Origin: Spirochaetia bacterium | GTDB lineage: Bacteria; Spirochaetota; Spirochaetia; DSM-2461 | Length of the DNA stretch: 64,000 bases | Direction of reading: 5' to 3' | Assembly: GCA_963668315.1 (NCBI GenBank) | Contig: OY764216.1 | Coordinates: 5,056,001-5,120,000, forward strand | Part shown: positions 1 to 9,916 of the stretch, in pieces | Position numbering within the stretch: position 1 is the stretch's first letter | Layout of the letters: each line of letters opens with the position of its first letter | Notes under the pieces: model-generated | Database searches by the model: none | What the model saw: the letters and a program-made list of their open reading frames with translations, nothing else | What the model was told of the DNA's origin: nothing | Made by a program: the position numbers and the translations under genes

Positions 1-640
1 CCTCTTTGATGAGCCCCTTTCCAACCTTGACGCTAAACTGAGAGTACAGATGAGAGCGGAAATTTCCGGTCTCCACGCCAAGCTCCAGGCTACCATGATC
101 TACGTTACCCATGACCAGGTTGAAGCTATGACCATGGGCGATAAAATCGTTGTTATGAAAAACGGTGTTATCCAGCAGATCGGTACCCCCCTGAAGCTCT
201 ACAACGAACCTATCAACAGATTCGTTGCCGGTTTTATCGGATCTCCTCCGATGAACATCCTCACCGCCAAGGTTGAGGAAGAAGGCGGAAACATCGTCAT
301 CAAAGGTGCCGGTGTAAGCGTTAATCCCGGTAAAGATTACGCAGAAGGACTCAAGCCTTATGTAGGTAAGGAAATTTTCTTCGGTGTTAGACCCGAAGAT
401 CTTGAGATAACCAAAAAATCCGATCCCACCAATAATATTACCGCTAATGTTGATGTTATTGAGCCCCTCGGTGCGGAAACTCACGTTTGGCTGAGTACTT
501 CCGAAAGTTCTCTCATAGCCAGAACAGCTCCTGATTCTGACTTCAAAGTGGGAGATGAGGTATCCTTCACATGCGATCTCAGCAAGGTTCACTTTTTTGA
601 AATGGAGAATGAAAGATCCATTTTCTTTAAAGAAGACTAA
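1..640 (+). CDS. Sugar ABC transporter ATP-binding protein (MalK/UgpC/MsmX family), 5'-truncated by the window edge
   Basis: Frame is open from the window start ([14 protein letters not shown]alker B/D-loop), followed by the [12 protein letters not shown]-loop, [12 protein letters not shown] and a C-terminal TOBE domain. Confidence 0.93.
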   Translation, partial: LFDEPLSNLDAKLRVQMRAEISGLHAKLQATMIYVTHDQVEAMTMGDKIVVMKNGVIQQIGTPLKLYNEPINRFVAGFIGSPPMNILTAKVEEEGGNIVIKGAGVSVNPGKDYAEGLKPYVGKEIFFGVRPEDLEITKKSDPTNNITANVDVIEPLGAETHVWLSTSESSLIARTAPDSDFKVGDEVSFTCDLSKVHFFEMENERSIFFKED

Positions 641-658
641 GCGAGTACAGGGATAAAC

Positions 659-688
659 AAAAAAGGCTGCCATGGGCAGCCTTTTTTT
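659..688. terminator. Bidirectional intrinsic terminator
   Basis: AAAAAAGGCTGCC-ATG-GGCAGCCTTTTTTT between convergent genes. Confidence 0.9.
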
Positions 689-711
689 ATGGGGAAAATT
701 AAGAGAAAAAA

Positions 712-1305
712 TCAGTCAGCCAGGTTCTGACGGGCTCTCAGGGAGCGGGCCACACTCAGACGGTCGGCATATTCCATGTCTCCCCCGACGGGAAGTCCCG
801 TGGCAATTCTGGTGACCTTTACCGGTGTATCCTGAAAGAGACGGACCATATACAGGGCTGTGGAATCCCCTTCCAGAGTGGGGTTGGTCGCCATAATGAT
901 CTCCTTCGTTCCTTCCTTCCTGGTGCGTTCCATAAGCCGGTCCAGGCCCAGCTCCTCCGGCCCGATCCCGTCAAGGGGAGCCAGCACGCCGTTCAGGACA
1001 TGATAAAGCCCCTTGTATTCACCGGTGGCTTCTATGGTCATCACATCCTGAGGATGCTCCACTACACAGATCAGATCCCGGTCCCTGTCATAGGCCGTAC
1101 ATATGGGGCAGGGATCTTCCTCGGTATAGTTTCCGCAGACGGAGCAGGAAACGATTTTATCCTGAAGCTCGATAATCGCCTCGCCCAGGGCCCTGTTGAA
1201 AGAGTTGTCCCCGCGCAGAAGCCAGTAAGCCATACGGGTGGCGCTCTTCTTTCCCAGTCCGGGAAGACGGGAAAGGCTGTTCACAACCAGTTCCAGCTGA
1301 TTCAT
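712..1305 (-). CDS. recR: Recombination mediator RecR
   Basis: LPGLGKKSA HhH motif, C4 zinc finger (CSVC...CPIC), Toprim motifs ATNPTLEG and GLPVGGDMEYAD. Confidence 0.97.
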   Translation of the reverse strand: MNQLELVVNSLSRLPGLGKKSATRMAYWLLRGDNSFNRALGEAIIELQDKIVSCSVCGNYTEEDPCPICTAYDRDRDLICVVEHPQDVMTIEATGEYKGLYHVLNGVLAPLDGIGPEELGLDRLMERTRKEGTKEIIMATNPTLEGDSTALYMVRLFQDTPVKVTRIATGLPVGGDMEYADRLSVARSLRARQNLAD

Positions 1306-1619
1306 TGGCCGAGCCCGGAGAACATCTGCGACAGTGTATCGGTGGAGACCTCTTTCTGGATTTTCTCTTTGATGGACTGCGTCGCCCCTTCAATGGCCGA
1401 AAGAATCAGCTCTTCCAGCATGGCCACATCACGGGGATCCACGGCAATAGGATCGATCTTGATATCCTCCACCTCCATCTTCCCGTTCATGACGACCTTA
1501 ACCAGATCGCCTCCGGCGGCGCCTTCCGCCTTGACATCCTTAAGCTTCTCCTGCACATCTTTCATCTGCTCCTGCATCTGGGACAGATTTTTCATTAAAT
1601 CCATGGGATTAAAATTCAT
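1302..1619 (-). CDS. ybaB: Nucleoid-associated protein YbaB/EbfC
   Basis: AEGAAGGDLVKV and MLEELILSA motifs; dnaX-ybaB-recR synteny. Confidence 0.95.
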   Translation of the reverse strand: MNFNPMDLMKNLSQMQEQMKDVQEKLKDVKAEGAAGGDLVKVVMNGKMEVEDIKIDPIAVDPRDVAMLEELILSAIEGATQSIKEKIQKEVSTDTLSQMFSGLGQ

Positions 1620-3472
1620 TACTTGTCTCCCGTTCCGTTCTGAACGACCGTTCCGCCGAATATCCGTATAAAAAGGTCGACCTTCTCGTCCACTTCCTTT
1701 TTCTCTTCCCGCACCTTCGGCTTCTCAATGAGAATATTTAAATCATAAACCTTGCCCATAACCTGGGCCAGAATATCCTGTATATAGTTTTTCTCCCTCT
1801 CGATGGATTCCGCTATGTACTGAGAGGGAAAAACCAGTGTGATTCGGTCCGCTTCCAGCCGGGGTGTCCCCTTGCTCATGGAGCCCATCAGCACCACATT
1901 CCCGTCCTTCTTCATACGGTTCAGCAGATTTTCCCACCACTCCTCACCGGGCGGTACCGACTCGCCGGGAAGGGGTTCCGGTTCGGGATCGGGCTCCCGA
2001 TTCTCATTCGGGATAACCGGTTCCGGATCATCCGTATCATCCACTTCTCCCATCGGCTCATCGGGAATATGGTCGTCCGGGACATAGTCCGTTTCCGTAA
2101 TATCCTCTTCGCCGGAGGCGGCGGGGGGAGACGGTTCTCTCTTTCTATCGGAAAACATGGTAAAAAAGTCCCGTGCCGCATCGCCCGTATCCTCCGGAGA
2201 AGAGTCTTCCCCTGCGGGAGGCGTCATTACGGCCGGTCCGGAATTATTCAGGCTTTTTTTTTTATCCTCCCCCTCGGGAGTAGACGATTCCATCCCTTCC
2301 CCAGGAGAGGAATTTATCTTTATGGGTGATCCGGATATCTGATTTTTCAGATTCCTGATCTGCCCCAGCAGCTCTTCCATGCCGAAATAGCTGCGTAATT
2401 TGACCAGCCGGGACAGAAGCAGTTCCAGTTCGAATCTCTGATTAAGGGAGTAGCGCACATCCTTGTAAAGCTGAAAGATCATCCGGGAGCCTTCCAGGAG
2501 CTGATTTTCCGTGAAAGAGGCGATAACCTCCTTATCGAAGCTTTCGGCTGTGCTTCCCAGAAGCGATTCCTTTTCCACACCGCTTTTCAGAAGAAGAATA
2601 TTTCGGAAATACTCGGCCAGCTCCACAAGAAACTGCTCGATGGAAACACCGGTGGCGATAATTTGGTCGGCATTCTCGATAACGGGACCTATCTCTCCCT
2701 CGCCTATCAGACGGGCCAGTTCGTTTATCCTGTCCAGTCCCACAAGCCCCAGTTTCTCCCGGATTTTTTCCAGGGTGATATTACCGTCGGAAAAGGAGAC
2801 GACCTGGTCAAACAGGGTATAGGAGTCCCGCATGGAACCGGTTCCCTCTTTGGCTATCCACAAAAGGGCGTCGTCTTCATATTTGATGCCCAGATCGCCG
2901 CAGGCCAGAGCCAGCTGTTCCTTTACCGTATCCAGCGAAAAGAGACGAAAGTTGAACTGCTGGCAGCGGGAACGGATGGTGGCGGGCACCTTGTGGATTT
3001 CAGTGGTGGCGAAGATAAAAATGATGTAGGGTGGCGGCTCTTCTATCGTCTTCAGCAGGGCATTGAAAGCGCTGTTGGAGAGCATGTGCACCTCATCTAT
3101 GATATACACTTTATACCGGGAGTTGGTAGGGGCGAAAAGAACCTCGTCCTTGATCTCCCTTATGTCGTTTACTCCCGTATTGGACGCACCGTCTATCTCT
3201 ATGACATCCAGGGAGTTCCCCTTTGTCACTTCCAGACAGTTCTGACATTTCCCGCACGGTTCTGCGGTGGGCCCCTCCTGACAGTTTAGACTTTTCGCCA
3301 GAATCCTAGCCGAAGAGGTCTTTCCCGTTCCCCGTGGACCGGAAAAGAGGTAGGCATGGGCAATCTGCCCTTTAGAGATAGAGTTTTCTATGGTGGAGAC
3401 GACAAATTCCTGTCCCACCAGCTGCTTCAATGTCTGCGGCCTTCGCCTCGTTGCGGTAACTTCGTATGCCAT
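1619..3472 (-). CDS. dnaX: DNA polymerase III subunit gamma/tau
   Basis: HAYLFSGPRGTGKTS Walker A, zinc module, EIDGASN, IIDEVHML, TIRSRCQ. Confidence 0.97.
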   Translation of the reverse strand: MAYEVTATRRRPQTLKQLVGQEFVVSTIENSISKGQIAHAYLFSGPRGTGKTSSARILAKSLNCQEGPTAEPCGKCQNCLEVTKGNSLDVIEIDGASNTGVNDIREIKDEVLFAPTNSRYKVYIIDEVHMLSNSAFNALLKTIEEPPPYIIFIFATTEIHKVPATIRSRCQQFNFRLFSLDTVKEQLALACGDLGIKYEDDALLWIAKEGTGSMRDSYTLFDQVVSFSDGNITLEKIREKLGLVGLDRINELARLIGEGEIGPVIENADQIIATGVSIEQFLVELAEYFRNILLLKSGVEKESLLGSTAESFDKEVIASFTENQLLEGSRMIFQLYKDVRYSLNQRFELELLLSRLVKLRSYFGMEELLGQIRNLKNQISGSPIKINSSPGEGMESSTPEGEDKKKSLNNSGPAVMTPPAGEDSSPEDTGDAARDFFTMFSDRKREPSPPAASGEEDITETDYVPDDHIPDEPMGEVDDTDDPEPVIPNENREPDPEPEPLPGESVPPGEEWWENLLNRMKKDGNVVLMGSMSKGTPRLEADRITLVFPSQYIAESIEREKNYIQDILAQVMGKVYDLNILIEKPKVREEKKEVDEKVDLFIRIFGGTVVQNGTGDK

Positions 3473-3518
3473 TGCCAGACAGTTTACCGGAATCCGGTTC
3501 TTCTGTAAAGGATTTCCA

Positions 3519-3547
3519 TTGCTCCCCCCTCCCCTTTTTATTATATT
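3519..3547 (+). promoter_or_regulatory. Sigma70-type promoter for the small ORF at 3554
   Basis: TTGCTC-17 nt-TATATT, ending 6 nt before the ATG. Confidence 0.55.
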
Positions 3548-3553
3548 AGTTCT

Positions 3554-3721
3554 ATGAAGAATTATAAAGACGCCAAATTATGTAAATTGATAAAAAAGGA
3601 AGTACCCTCCACCGATCCGGACGGCTTCGCCGAACTGATAAGGGACGCCCAGTTTTTCTGCCGGAAATGCGGAGCCGTCTCCAAGGAGAAAAAGTGTCTG
3701 TGCAAGCCCTATAAGATTTGA
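3554..3721 (+). CDS. Small Cys/Lys-rich protein (55 aa), probably metal-binding; not in the ORF track
   Basis: My translation: MKNYKDAKLCKLIKKEVPSTDPDGFAELIRDAQFFCRKCGAVSKEKKCLCKPYKI; CxxCG and LCKP pattern; promoter immediately upstream. Confidence 0.8.
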   Translation: MKNYKDAKLCKLIKKEVPSTDPDGFAELIRDAQFFCRKCGAVSKEKKCLCKPYKI

Positions 3722-3738
3722 ACAGGCCCTTATCACCC

Positions 3739-3767
3739 TTGACCTTACCTTCTATCTTATCTATAAA
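3739..3767 (+). promoter_or_regulatory. Sigma70-type promoter for pfp
   Basis: TTGACC-17 nt-TATAAA. Confidence 0.6.
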
Positions 3768-3884
3768 TATTATCATGTACATACAAGGGATCGGACAGCC
3801 ACAATTCGCCGTTCCCCTGAAAATATCAATGCCGGTTCGGTTGCCCCGCAGCCGGTCCGCCAACGCAACTTAAGGAGAATATAA

Positions 3885-5579
3885 ATGACAATCTCGGAAC
3901 TCCAGAAAGCTCGGTATGCCTATCAGCCCAAGCTTCCCTCCGTCCTTCAGAAGGACGTGAAGAATATCGTCGTGAAACTGGGCGATCCCACCGAATCGGT
4001 CGCCGACCAGGAAGACGTAAAGAAGCTTTTCGCCAACACTTACGGTCAGCCCATCGCCCGTTTTGAAGAGGGCAGCAACGAAGCGGCCGGTAAACAGATC
4101 AACGTGGGCGTCATCCTTTCCGGAGGCCAGGCTCCCGGCGGACATAACGTCATTGCCGGTCTTTATGACGGGATCAAGAAGGGTAATGCCGCTTCCAAGC
4201 TCTACGGTTTCAAAGGCGGTCCCTCCGGCATCATCGAAGGGGACTATGTGGAGTTCACCGACGAGTTCATTGATGCCTACCGCAACACCGGAGGATTCGA
4301 CATCATCGGTTCGGGCAGAACCAAACTGGAAACGGAAGAGCAGTTCAAGAAATCCCTCGCCGTCTGCAAGAAGCTCGGCATAAACGCCGTTGTTGTCATC
4401 GGCGGTGACGACTCCAATACCAACGCCGCCATGCTCGGCGAGTGGTTCAAGGCACAGGGCGAGGCCATTCAGGTTATCGGCTGTCCCAAGACTATCGACG
4501 GCGACCTCAAGAACGAGCACATCGAGACCTCTTTCGGTTTCGACACGGCCACCAAAACCTTCGCAGAGCTTATCGGTAACATCGAGAAAGACTCCAACTC
4601 AGCCAAGAAATACTGGCACTTCATCAAACTGATGGGACGGAGCGCTTCCCATATCGCTCTTGAATGCGCCCTCCAGACACAGCCCAACTTCTGCATCATC
4701 TCCGAAGAGGTGGAAGAGAAGAAAATGACCCTGGCTCAGGTTGTGGAAGACATCGTCAAGATCATCGTCAAAAGAGCCGAGAAGGGCGACAATTTCGGTG
4801 TAGGCCTCATTCCCGAGGGACTTATCGAGTTCATCCCCGAAGTGGGAACCCTCATCGGCGAGCTTAACGACCTTCTGGCCCACGAAGCCGAATACTACGC
4901 CACCCTGAAATCCTTCGAAGACCAGGCCGAGTTCATCAATAAGAAACTCAGCAAGGACTCTTCCTATGTTTACTCCTCCCTTCCCGTGACCATCCAGAAA
5001 CAGCTGATCATGGACCGCGATCCCCACGGAAACGTGCAGGTATCCCGCATCGAAACGGAAAAACTCCTGATCGAGATGGTTGAGGAAAGACTCAACGAAA
5101 TGAAGGTTAAGGGCGAATTCAACGGTAAGTTCAGCGCTCTGGCCCACTTTTTCGGCTATGAAGGACGCTGTGCGTTCCCCTCCAACTTCGACTCAGACTA
5201 CTGCTATACCCTGGGCTTCAGCGCCTTCCTGCTGATGACCGCCGGTCTCACCGGTTATATCTCCAACGTGGCCGGCCTCGAATGCCCCGCCGGCGAATGG
5301 AAAGCCGGAGGCTGCCCCCTGACCATGATGATGAACATGGAGCAGAGACACGGCTCCATGAAACCGGTTATCAAAAAAGCCCTGGTGGAACTGGACGGCA
5401 AGCCCTTCAAGGCCTTCGCCGAACAGCGTGACGTGTGGGCCGTGGAAACGGCTTTCACCTTCCCCGGCGCCATTCAGTACTACGGTCCCGACGAAGTATG
5501 CAACCAGCCCACCAAGACCCTGAGTCTTGAAAAGGGCGGCTGCTGCGGAAGCGGAAACTCCGGCTGCTGCTGCGGCTGA
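3885..5579 (+). CDS. pfp: Pyrophosphate-dependent phosphofructokinase (long clade)
   Basis: [16 protein letters not shown] (Asp PPi signature), PKTIDGD, MGRSASH; AAGGAG RBS. Confidence 0.95.
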   Translation: MTISELQKARYAYQPKLPSVLQKDVKNIVVKLGDPTESVADQEDVKKLFANTYGQPIARFEEGSNEAAGKQINVGVILSGGQAPGGHNVIAGLYDGIKKGNAASKLYGFKGGPSGIIEGDYVEFTDEFIDAYRNTGGFDIIGSGRTKLETEEQFKKSLAVCKKLGINAVVVIGGDDSNTNAAMLGEWFKAQGEAIQVIGCPKTIDGDLKNEHIETSFGFDTATKTFAELIGNIEKDSNSAKKYWHFIKLMGRSASHIALECALQTQPNFCIISEEVEEKKMTLAQVVEDIVKIIVKRAEKGDNFGVGLIPEGLIEFIPEVGTLIGELNDLLAHEAEYYATLKSFEDQAEFINKKLSKDSSYVYSSLPVTIQKQLIMDRDPHGNVQVSRIETEKLLIEMVEERLNEMKVKGEFNGKFSALAHFFGYEGRCAFPSNFDSDYCYTLGFSAFLLMTAGLTGYISNVAGLECPAGEWKAGGCPLTMMMNMEQRHGSMKPVIKKALVELDGKPFKAFAEQRDVWAVETAFTFPGAIQYYGPDEVCNQPTKTLSLEKGGCCGSGNSGCCCG

Positions 5580-5649
5580 TGAAAAAGCGAAAGGGAACCT
5601 GATACAAGCGGCGGGATAAACCGCTTAACGGCTCCCCCGTTAAATCAAT

Positions 5650-5677
5650 AAGCCTCCCTCTGACGGGAGGCTTTTTC
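5650..5677 (+). terminator. Intrinsic terminator
   Basis: AAGCCTCCC-TCTGAC-GGGAGGCTTTTT. Confidence 0.88.
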
Positions 5678-5750
5678 ATGCCCCTAAGAGATTCCCGAAG
5701 TAAACAGTCTTCTTGACAGAGGCCGTGAAGAGAATTAGGCTTTATCTCAG

Positions 5751-6155
5751 ATGAAGACGGTTTGTATCTACGAAGCTTCGAGCCATTTCATGGCCCTCTC
5801 CGCCAAAGAACTCCTGGAAAGCGAGGGCATTATGGTAATCATGCCCACGGAATTTACCGGCGGCGTCTATCCCCAGTACTCCCTGATTTCCGGGGGAGAC
5901 CGTCTCCTGGTCAGCGAAAGCGAAGCCGACCGGGCCCGGGAGATACTCGCCGGCTTCGAAGGCCATGCCGAGCCTCTGGAAGAGCCTTTCTATACGGGGG
6001 AAAGGTCCTGCCCCCTCTGCGGCGGCTCCCGGTATACGGAATTCATCGAAAACCGGCCGGGACCGGCGGGATGGCTTCTCCTCCTTACGGGCGGCCTTCT
6101 TTCCCGGAAGAGACGCTATTTCCAGTGTCACAGATGCGGCCATATATGGAAATGA
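5751..6155 (+). CDS. DUF2007-like (putative signal-transducing) protein with a C-terminal zinc ribbon
   Basis: AKELLESEGI...RLLVSESEADRAREIL pattern; CPLCG ... CHRCG flanking a hydrophobic segment; TTGACA-17-TAGGCT upstream. Confidence 0.72.
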   Translation: MKTVCIYEASSHFMALSAKELLESEGIMVIMPTEFTGGVYPQYSLISGGDRLLVSESEADRAREILAGFEGHAEPLEEPFYTGERSCPLCGGSRYTEFIENRPGPAGWLLLLTGGLLSRKRRYFQCHRCGHIWK

Positions 6156-6187
6156 TCCCCGGCCCCTATCCCGACCTTTTAAAAAGT

Positions 6188-6230
6188 ATCATAGCCAATT
6201 CATATTTGGTTCATACCTTCGGTCCATATT
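6188..6230 (+). promoter_or_regulatory. Tandem direct repeats, candidate OmpR/PhoB-family regulator site
   Basis: TCATA at 6189, 6200 and 6211 (11-bp period), upstream of an operon encoding an OmpR-family regulator. Confidence 0.55.
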
Positions 6231-6261
6231 TACATTATCAAGAATAACACTGGAGGTTATC

Positions 6262-7131
6262 ATGAAGAAGACATTACTTTTTACCATGTTCATCACGGCA
6301 GCTGCCGGAGCGGCTATATTCGCAGGCGGCGCCAACGATCCGACCCTGCCCGGCAGAGGTTACGGGATGGGATTCATCGACAGCGACGGAGTGGAAATCA
6401 TCAGCCTTTCCGGTACGGTACAAACCGACTCCTACGGGAATCTGATGATAGACAAGGGAAAGACCAACTACCTGCTTGCAGCCGCCCCCACCCTGGGAGC
6501 CACCCTGAAAGAGGGCGATGTTGTTGATGGAGAGGGATTCGAGGGAAATACTCTCTATACAAAGGATGGGGAGAGTTATCAGAATTTCCATCTGACGAAG
6601 GCCAGCATCAACGGGAAGGATTACACAATCGACCTGAATAATTACTGCGCTCCCCTGGGAGGAGCCTACGGCGGTATGATGTACGGCGGAAGGAATTCCC
6701 GGGGCGGTATGATGGGATACGACAACTACGGCCGCGGCGGTATGATGGGTTATGGATGGAACGACCAGGCCGACACAAGGGACTGGGGCTACATGGGCCG
6801 CGGCGTCTCCCCTTACGTGAATGAGGGAGAAGAGACCACGGTTAAGGGCACTCTTTCCTTTCTTGACGGTTTTCACCCCTTCCTGCAGGCCGATGAGGGC
6901 AATTTTCTTATCAGAATGGGTCACTGGGTCATGGACGGCCTGACCGAAGGTACCGAAGTGGAAGCAACCGGTTATGCCGGACCTTCCCTTTACACGGAGA
7001 ATGGAGAGGACTATTATTCCTTTATCCCAACGTCCCTGACGGTAAACGGTGAGGAAGTCGATACCGGCTATAACAATATGCCCTACGGCGGCGGAATGGG
7101 ATTCGGCGGCGGAATGGGCCGCAGAAGATAG
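6262..7131 (+). CDS. Exported Gly/Met/Tyr-rich protein with two repeated beta domains
   Basis: GGAGG RBS before ATG 6262; signal peptide MKKTLLF...AIFAGG; GMMG/GMMY repeats; internal duplication. Confidence 0.8.
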   Translation: MKKTLLFTMFITAAAGAAIFAGGANDPTLPGRGYGMGFIDSDGVEIISLSGTVQTDSYGNLMIDKGKTNYLLAAAPTLGATLKEGDVVDGEGFEGNTLYTKDGESYQNFHLTKASINGKDYTIDLNNYCAPLGGAYGGMMYGGRNSRGGMMGYDNYGRGGMMGYGWNDQADTRDWGYMGRGVSPYVNEGEETTVKGTLSFLDGFHPFLQADEGNFLIRMGHWVMDGLTEGTEVEATGYAGPSLYTENGEDYYSFIPTSLTVNGEEVDTGYNNMPYGGGMGFGGGMGRRR

Positions 7132-7140
7132 GAGGACCCG

Positions 7141-7854
7141 ATGGATGAGCTGATTCTCGTGGCGGAAGATGAAAAAGAGATGAACCGGATGATCTGCGAC
7201 TACCTGGAAGCGGTGGGTTACAGAACCACATCCGCCCTGGACGGAAGTCAGGCTCTGGATCTTTTCCGAAGCGATGAACCGGCTCTTGTCCTTATGGATA
7301 TCATGATGCCCAAACTGGACGGCATAGATGTCACCAGGAGGATACGGTCCCAGTCCCATGTGCCCATCATCATGCTTACCGCCATGGCGGAAGAGGGGGA
7401 CAAGCTTCTGGGACTGGAGATCGGGGCGGATGACTACATTACCAAACCTTTCAGCATGAAGGAGCTGACCGCCCGGATAAGGGCGGTTCTGCGCAGGACG
7501 GTAGACTTTCAGAGGAAGTCGTCCGGTGAGGGAGATGAAGAGGACAAGCCCCCTCTTAAAGAGGGAGACCTGGTTCTTGACCGGTTGAAAATGACCCTCT
7601 ACAAAGGGGGTAATCCCGTTGAACTGACAGCCGTCCAGTACGCCATTCTGGAAAAAATGATGGCTTCCCCCGGTCGGGTATTCAACCGGATGGATCTTCT
7701 GAAGAGTTTTCAGGAAGATCCCTGGGAAGGTTATGAAAGAACCATTGACGTTCATATAAAGAATATCAGAAAACTGACCGAATCCGATCCGGCCCACCCG
7801 GAATACATCGAGACGGTATGGGGCGTGGGTTACCGCTTCAGGGAAATCACATGA
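7141..7854 (+). CDS. OmpR-family response regulator (BaeR-like)
   Basis: Receiver motifs (AEDE, MDIMMP, GADDYITKPF) plus winged helix (RTIDVHIKNIR, ETVWGVGY). Confidence 0.95.
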   Translation: MDELILVAEDEKEMNRMICDYLEAVGYRTTSALDGSQALDLFRSDEPALVLMDIMMPKLDGIDVTRRIRSQSHVPIIMLTAMAEEGDKLLGLEIGADDYITKPFSMKELTARIRAVLRRTVDFQRKSSGEGDEEDKPPLKEGDLVLDRLKMTLYKGGNPVELTAVQYAILEKMMASPGRVFNRMDLLKSFQEDPWEGYERTIDVHIKNIRKLTESDPAHPEYIETVWGVGYRFREIT

Positions 7855-9275
7855 AGTTCTATCAATCCCTCCGGTTCAAAATAACCCTGGCCTTTATCGC
7901 CCTTATGATAGCGGGAAACAGTATTTCCCTCTTTCTGGCGAACCGCAGCGTTACCGAAAGATACGCATTCTATGTGAATGAGTCGGACTGGCAGCGGGCT
8001 TCCATGGCCGCCCAGTTCATAGCGCGGAGCTGGGATAAGTGGCAGGAGGACTCGTCCGAGTTTCACGGCTACGGCGAAAGAAACACCAATCCCATGGGCG
8101 GTCGCGGCATGGGGCGCAATATGATGATGGACCGGTCGGAGCCGGTTCCCTATGCCGTAACCGATCTGAAGGGAAATGTACTTTTCTTTTCCGGTACCGA
8201 GAATCAGATATCCTCCCCCCTGCCCCACTGTGATCAGGGCGTACCCGTAGTGGTGGACGGGGAGCAGAAAGCCTATGTCCTGGCGGGAAGCATGATCAAC
8301 CAGCAGATGAGCGGCTTTGACAGCTCTCTGCTCAAGGGCATAAACCGCGTGCTTATCCTTACGAACATCATCTCCACTCTGGCCATTCTGGCTCTGGGGA
8401 TTCTTCTCCTGGGGCGCATGCTGGCCCCTTTGAAAAAAATAGACCGGGCCGCGGCGGAACTGGGCCGGGGCAATTATACGGTGCGGACGGATGTATCGGG
8501 GACGAATGAAATCGGCTCCCTGGGAATCCGTTTCGACGAGATGGCCCGTTCCCTGGAAGCTTCGGAAGAGTGGAAGCGGCGGATTATAGCCGACACGGCC
8601 CATGAGCTGAGGACCCCCGTATCCCTTGTACTGAGCCGTCTGGAAATGCTTAAGGAGGGGATCTACCCCTTTGAGGAGTCCCAGCTGGACACCCTTCACA
8701 GGGAAGTGCAGAACTTCTCCCGCCTGATCAGGGATATGCAGAAACTCGCCGGGATGGAGGGGGGAACGGCCTCGCTGGAAAAATCGAAAGGACCGGTGGG
8801 GGCTTTCTGCCTGAACCAGATAAAATCCTTTCTGCCCGAAAGCCGTAAAAAGAATCAGACCCTTCTCTGGAACGGAGCGGATGTGGAGGAGAAGACTGAT
8901 CCCTACGGGACGCAGGTGCCCGGGCCTCCCCTGGAAGCGGACTGGAACCGCCTGGAACAGGTCCTGAAAAACCTTCTTTCCAATGCCCTGCGGCACACTC
9001 CCGAATACGGCCGGATAGAAGTGACGGCCGAATATAACGGGGCACAGTGGAAGATCTCCGTCTCGGACAGCGGTCCGGGAATCCCCGAGGAGGAGAGGAC
9101 ACGTATTTTCGACCGCTTCTACCGCCTGGACAAATCACGAAACAGAGCCGAGGGGGGACACGGACTGGGCCTTGCCATTTCAAAAGCCATTGTGGAAGCC
9201 CACGGAGGTCTCCTTTCGGCGGAACAGGGCCGATGGGGTGGTGCCGAATTCCGGGTGGTTCTCCCCTGCCGTTGA
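7851..9275 (+). CDS. HAMP sensor histidine kinase (BaeS-like)
   Basis: Two TM segments, HAMP domain, AHELRTP H-box, NLLSNA, DSGPGI, GHGLGL; ATGA overlap with the regulator. Confidence 0.95.
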   Translation: MKFYQSLRFKITLAFIALMIAGNSISLFLANRSVTERYAFYVNESDWQRASMAAQFIARSWDKWQEDSSEFHGYGERNTNPMGGRGMGRNMMMDRSEPVPYAVTDLKGNVLFFSGTENQISSPLPHCDQGVPVVVDGEQKAYVLAGSMINQQMSGFDSSLLKGINRVLILTNIISTLAILALGILLLGRMLAPLKKIDRAAAELGRGNYTVRTDVSGTNEIGSLGIRFDEMARSLEASEEWKRRIIADTAHELRTPVSLVLSRLEMLKEGIYPFEESQLDTLHREVQNFSRLIRDMQKLAGMEGGTASLEKSKGPVGAFCLNQIKSFLPESRKKNQTLLWNGADVEEKTDPYGTQVPGPPLEADWNRLEQVLKNLLSNALRHTPEYGRIEVTAEYNGAQWKISVSDSGPGIPEEERTRIFDRFYRLDKSRNRAEGGHGLGLAISKAIVEAHGGLLSAEQGRWGGAEFRVVLPCR

Positions 9276-9346
9276 GTTTTTTCCCCGCTGCCGAATATCT
9301 TGCACGGAAGTTTTTTTTTCTATAACATAGCGGCAAGGAGCAAAAT

Positions 9347-9916
9347 ATGGATTTTTTCAGCCTTGTCAAAGAGACCCGTTCAATCAGACGATTCAAAGAA
9401 GCCCCCATCTCCCGGGAAACCCTGGAGCAGCTGGTGGATTATGCCCGCTACAGCCCGTCCGGAGCCAATGGGCAGCCCCTGAAATTCGGCCTTTTCAACA
9501 GCGCCGAGGATTGTGCGCGGATTTTTCCCCAGACAAAATGGGCCGGTGCTCTCCCCGACTGGGACGGACCGGAAGAGGGGCAGAGACCCTCGGCTTATAT
9601 TGTCATTTTTCTGGATAAGGACGTGTCCGGCGCTCCCGGCGTGGACCATGGAATCGCCGCCCAGAGCATGATGCTCGGGGCCCGTGCCATGGGTCTGGGA
9701 TGCTGTATGATAGGCGCCTTTGACAAACCGGGCCTCGTAAAAGAACTGGCCATTCCCGCAACCTTCTCCCCCCTGCTGATTCTGGCCCTGGGAGAACCGG
9801 GAGAAGATATATACATAGAAGATATGAAACCGGGCGATCCGGTGAAATATTACCGTGATTCCGAAGACCGCCATCACGTTCCCAAGCGGACACGGAAGGA
9901 ACTGATATGGAAGTAG
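9347..9916 (+). CDS. Nitroreductase family protein
   Basis: TRSIRRF, SPSGANGQP, DHGIAAQSMML, GLGCCMIG. Confidence 0.92.
   Translation: MDFFSLVKETRSIRRFKEAPISRETLEQLVDYARYSPSGANGQPLKFGLFNSAEDCARIFPQTKWAGALPDWDGPEEGQRPSAYIVIFLDKDVSGAPGVDHGIAAQSMMLGARAMGLGCCMIGAFDKPGLVKELAIPATFSPLLILALGEPGEDIYIEDMKPGDPVKYYRDSEDRHHVPKRTRKELIWK

Noticed and set aside
3552..3863. 103-aa minus-strand ORF in the track
   Set aside because: The plus-strand 55-aa ORF and the pfp promoter explain this region better
5577..5643. Selenocysteine read-through at the TGA TGA after the Cys-rich tail of pfp, with a hairpin AAGCGG...CCGCTT downstream
   Set aside because: Tandem stops are common, the read-through peptide is short and unremarkable, and the hairpin is not a convincing SECIS
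5965..6261. N-terminal extensions in the ORF track (5965, 11207, 15475, 30706, 52910, 57735, 58642)
   Set aside because: They overlap neighbouring genes or promoters; downstream starts have a better RBS, promoter or homology onset
6274..8996. Long antisense ORFs (6274-7797, 7830-8996, and similar ones such as 11624-12646 and 41230-42213)
   Set aside because: These are shadow frames opposite well-supported genes and carry no recognisable motifs
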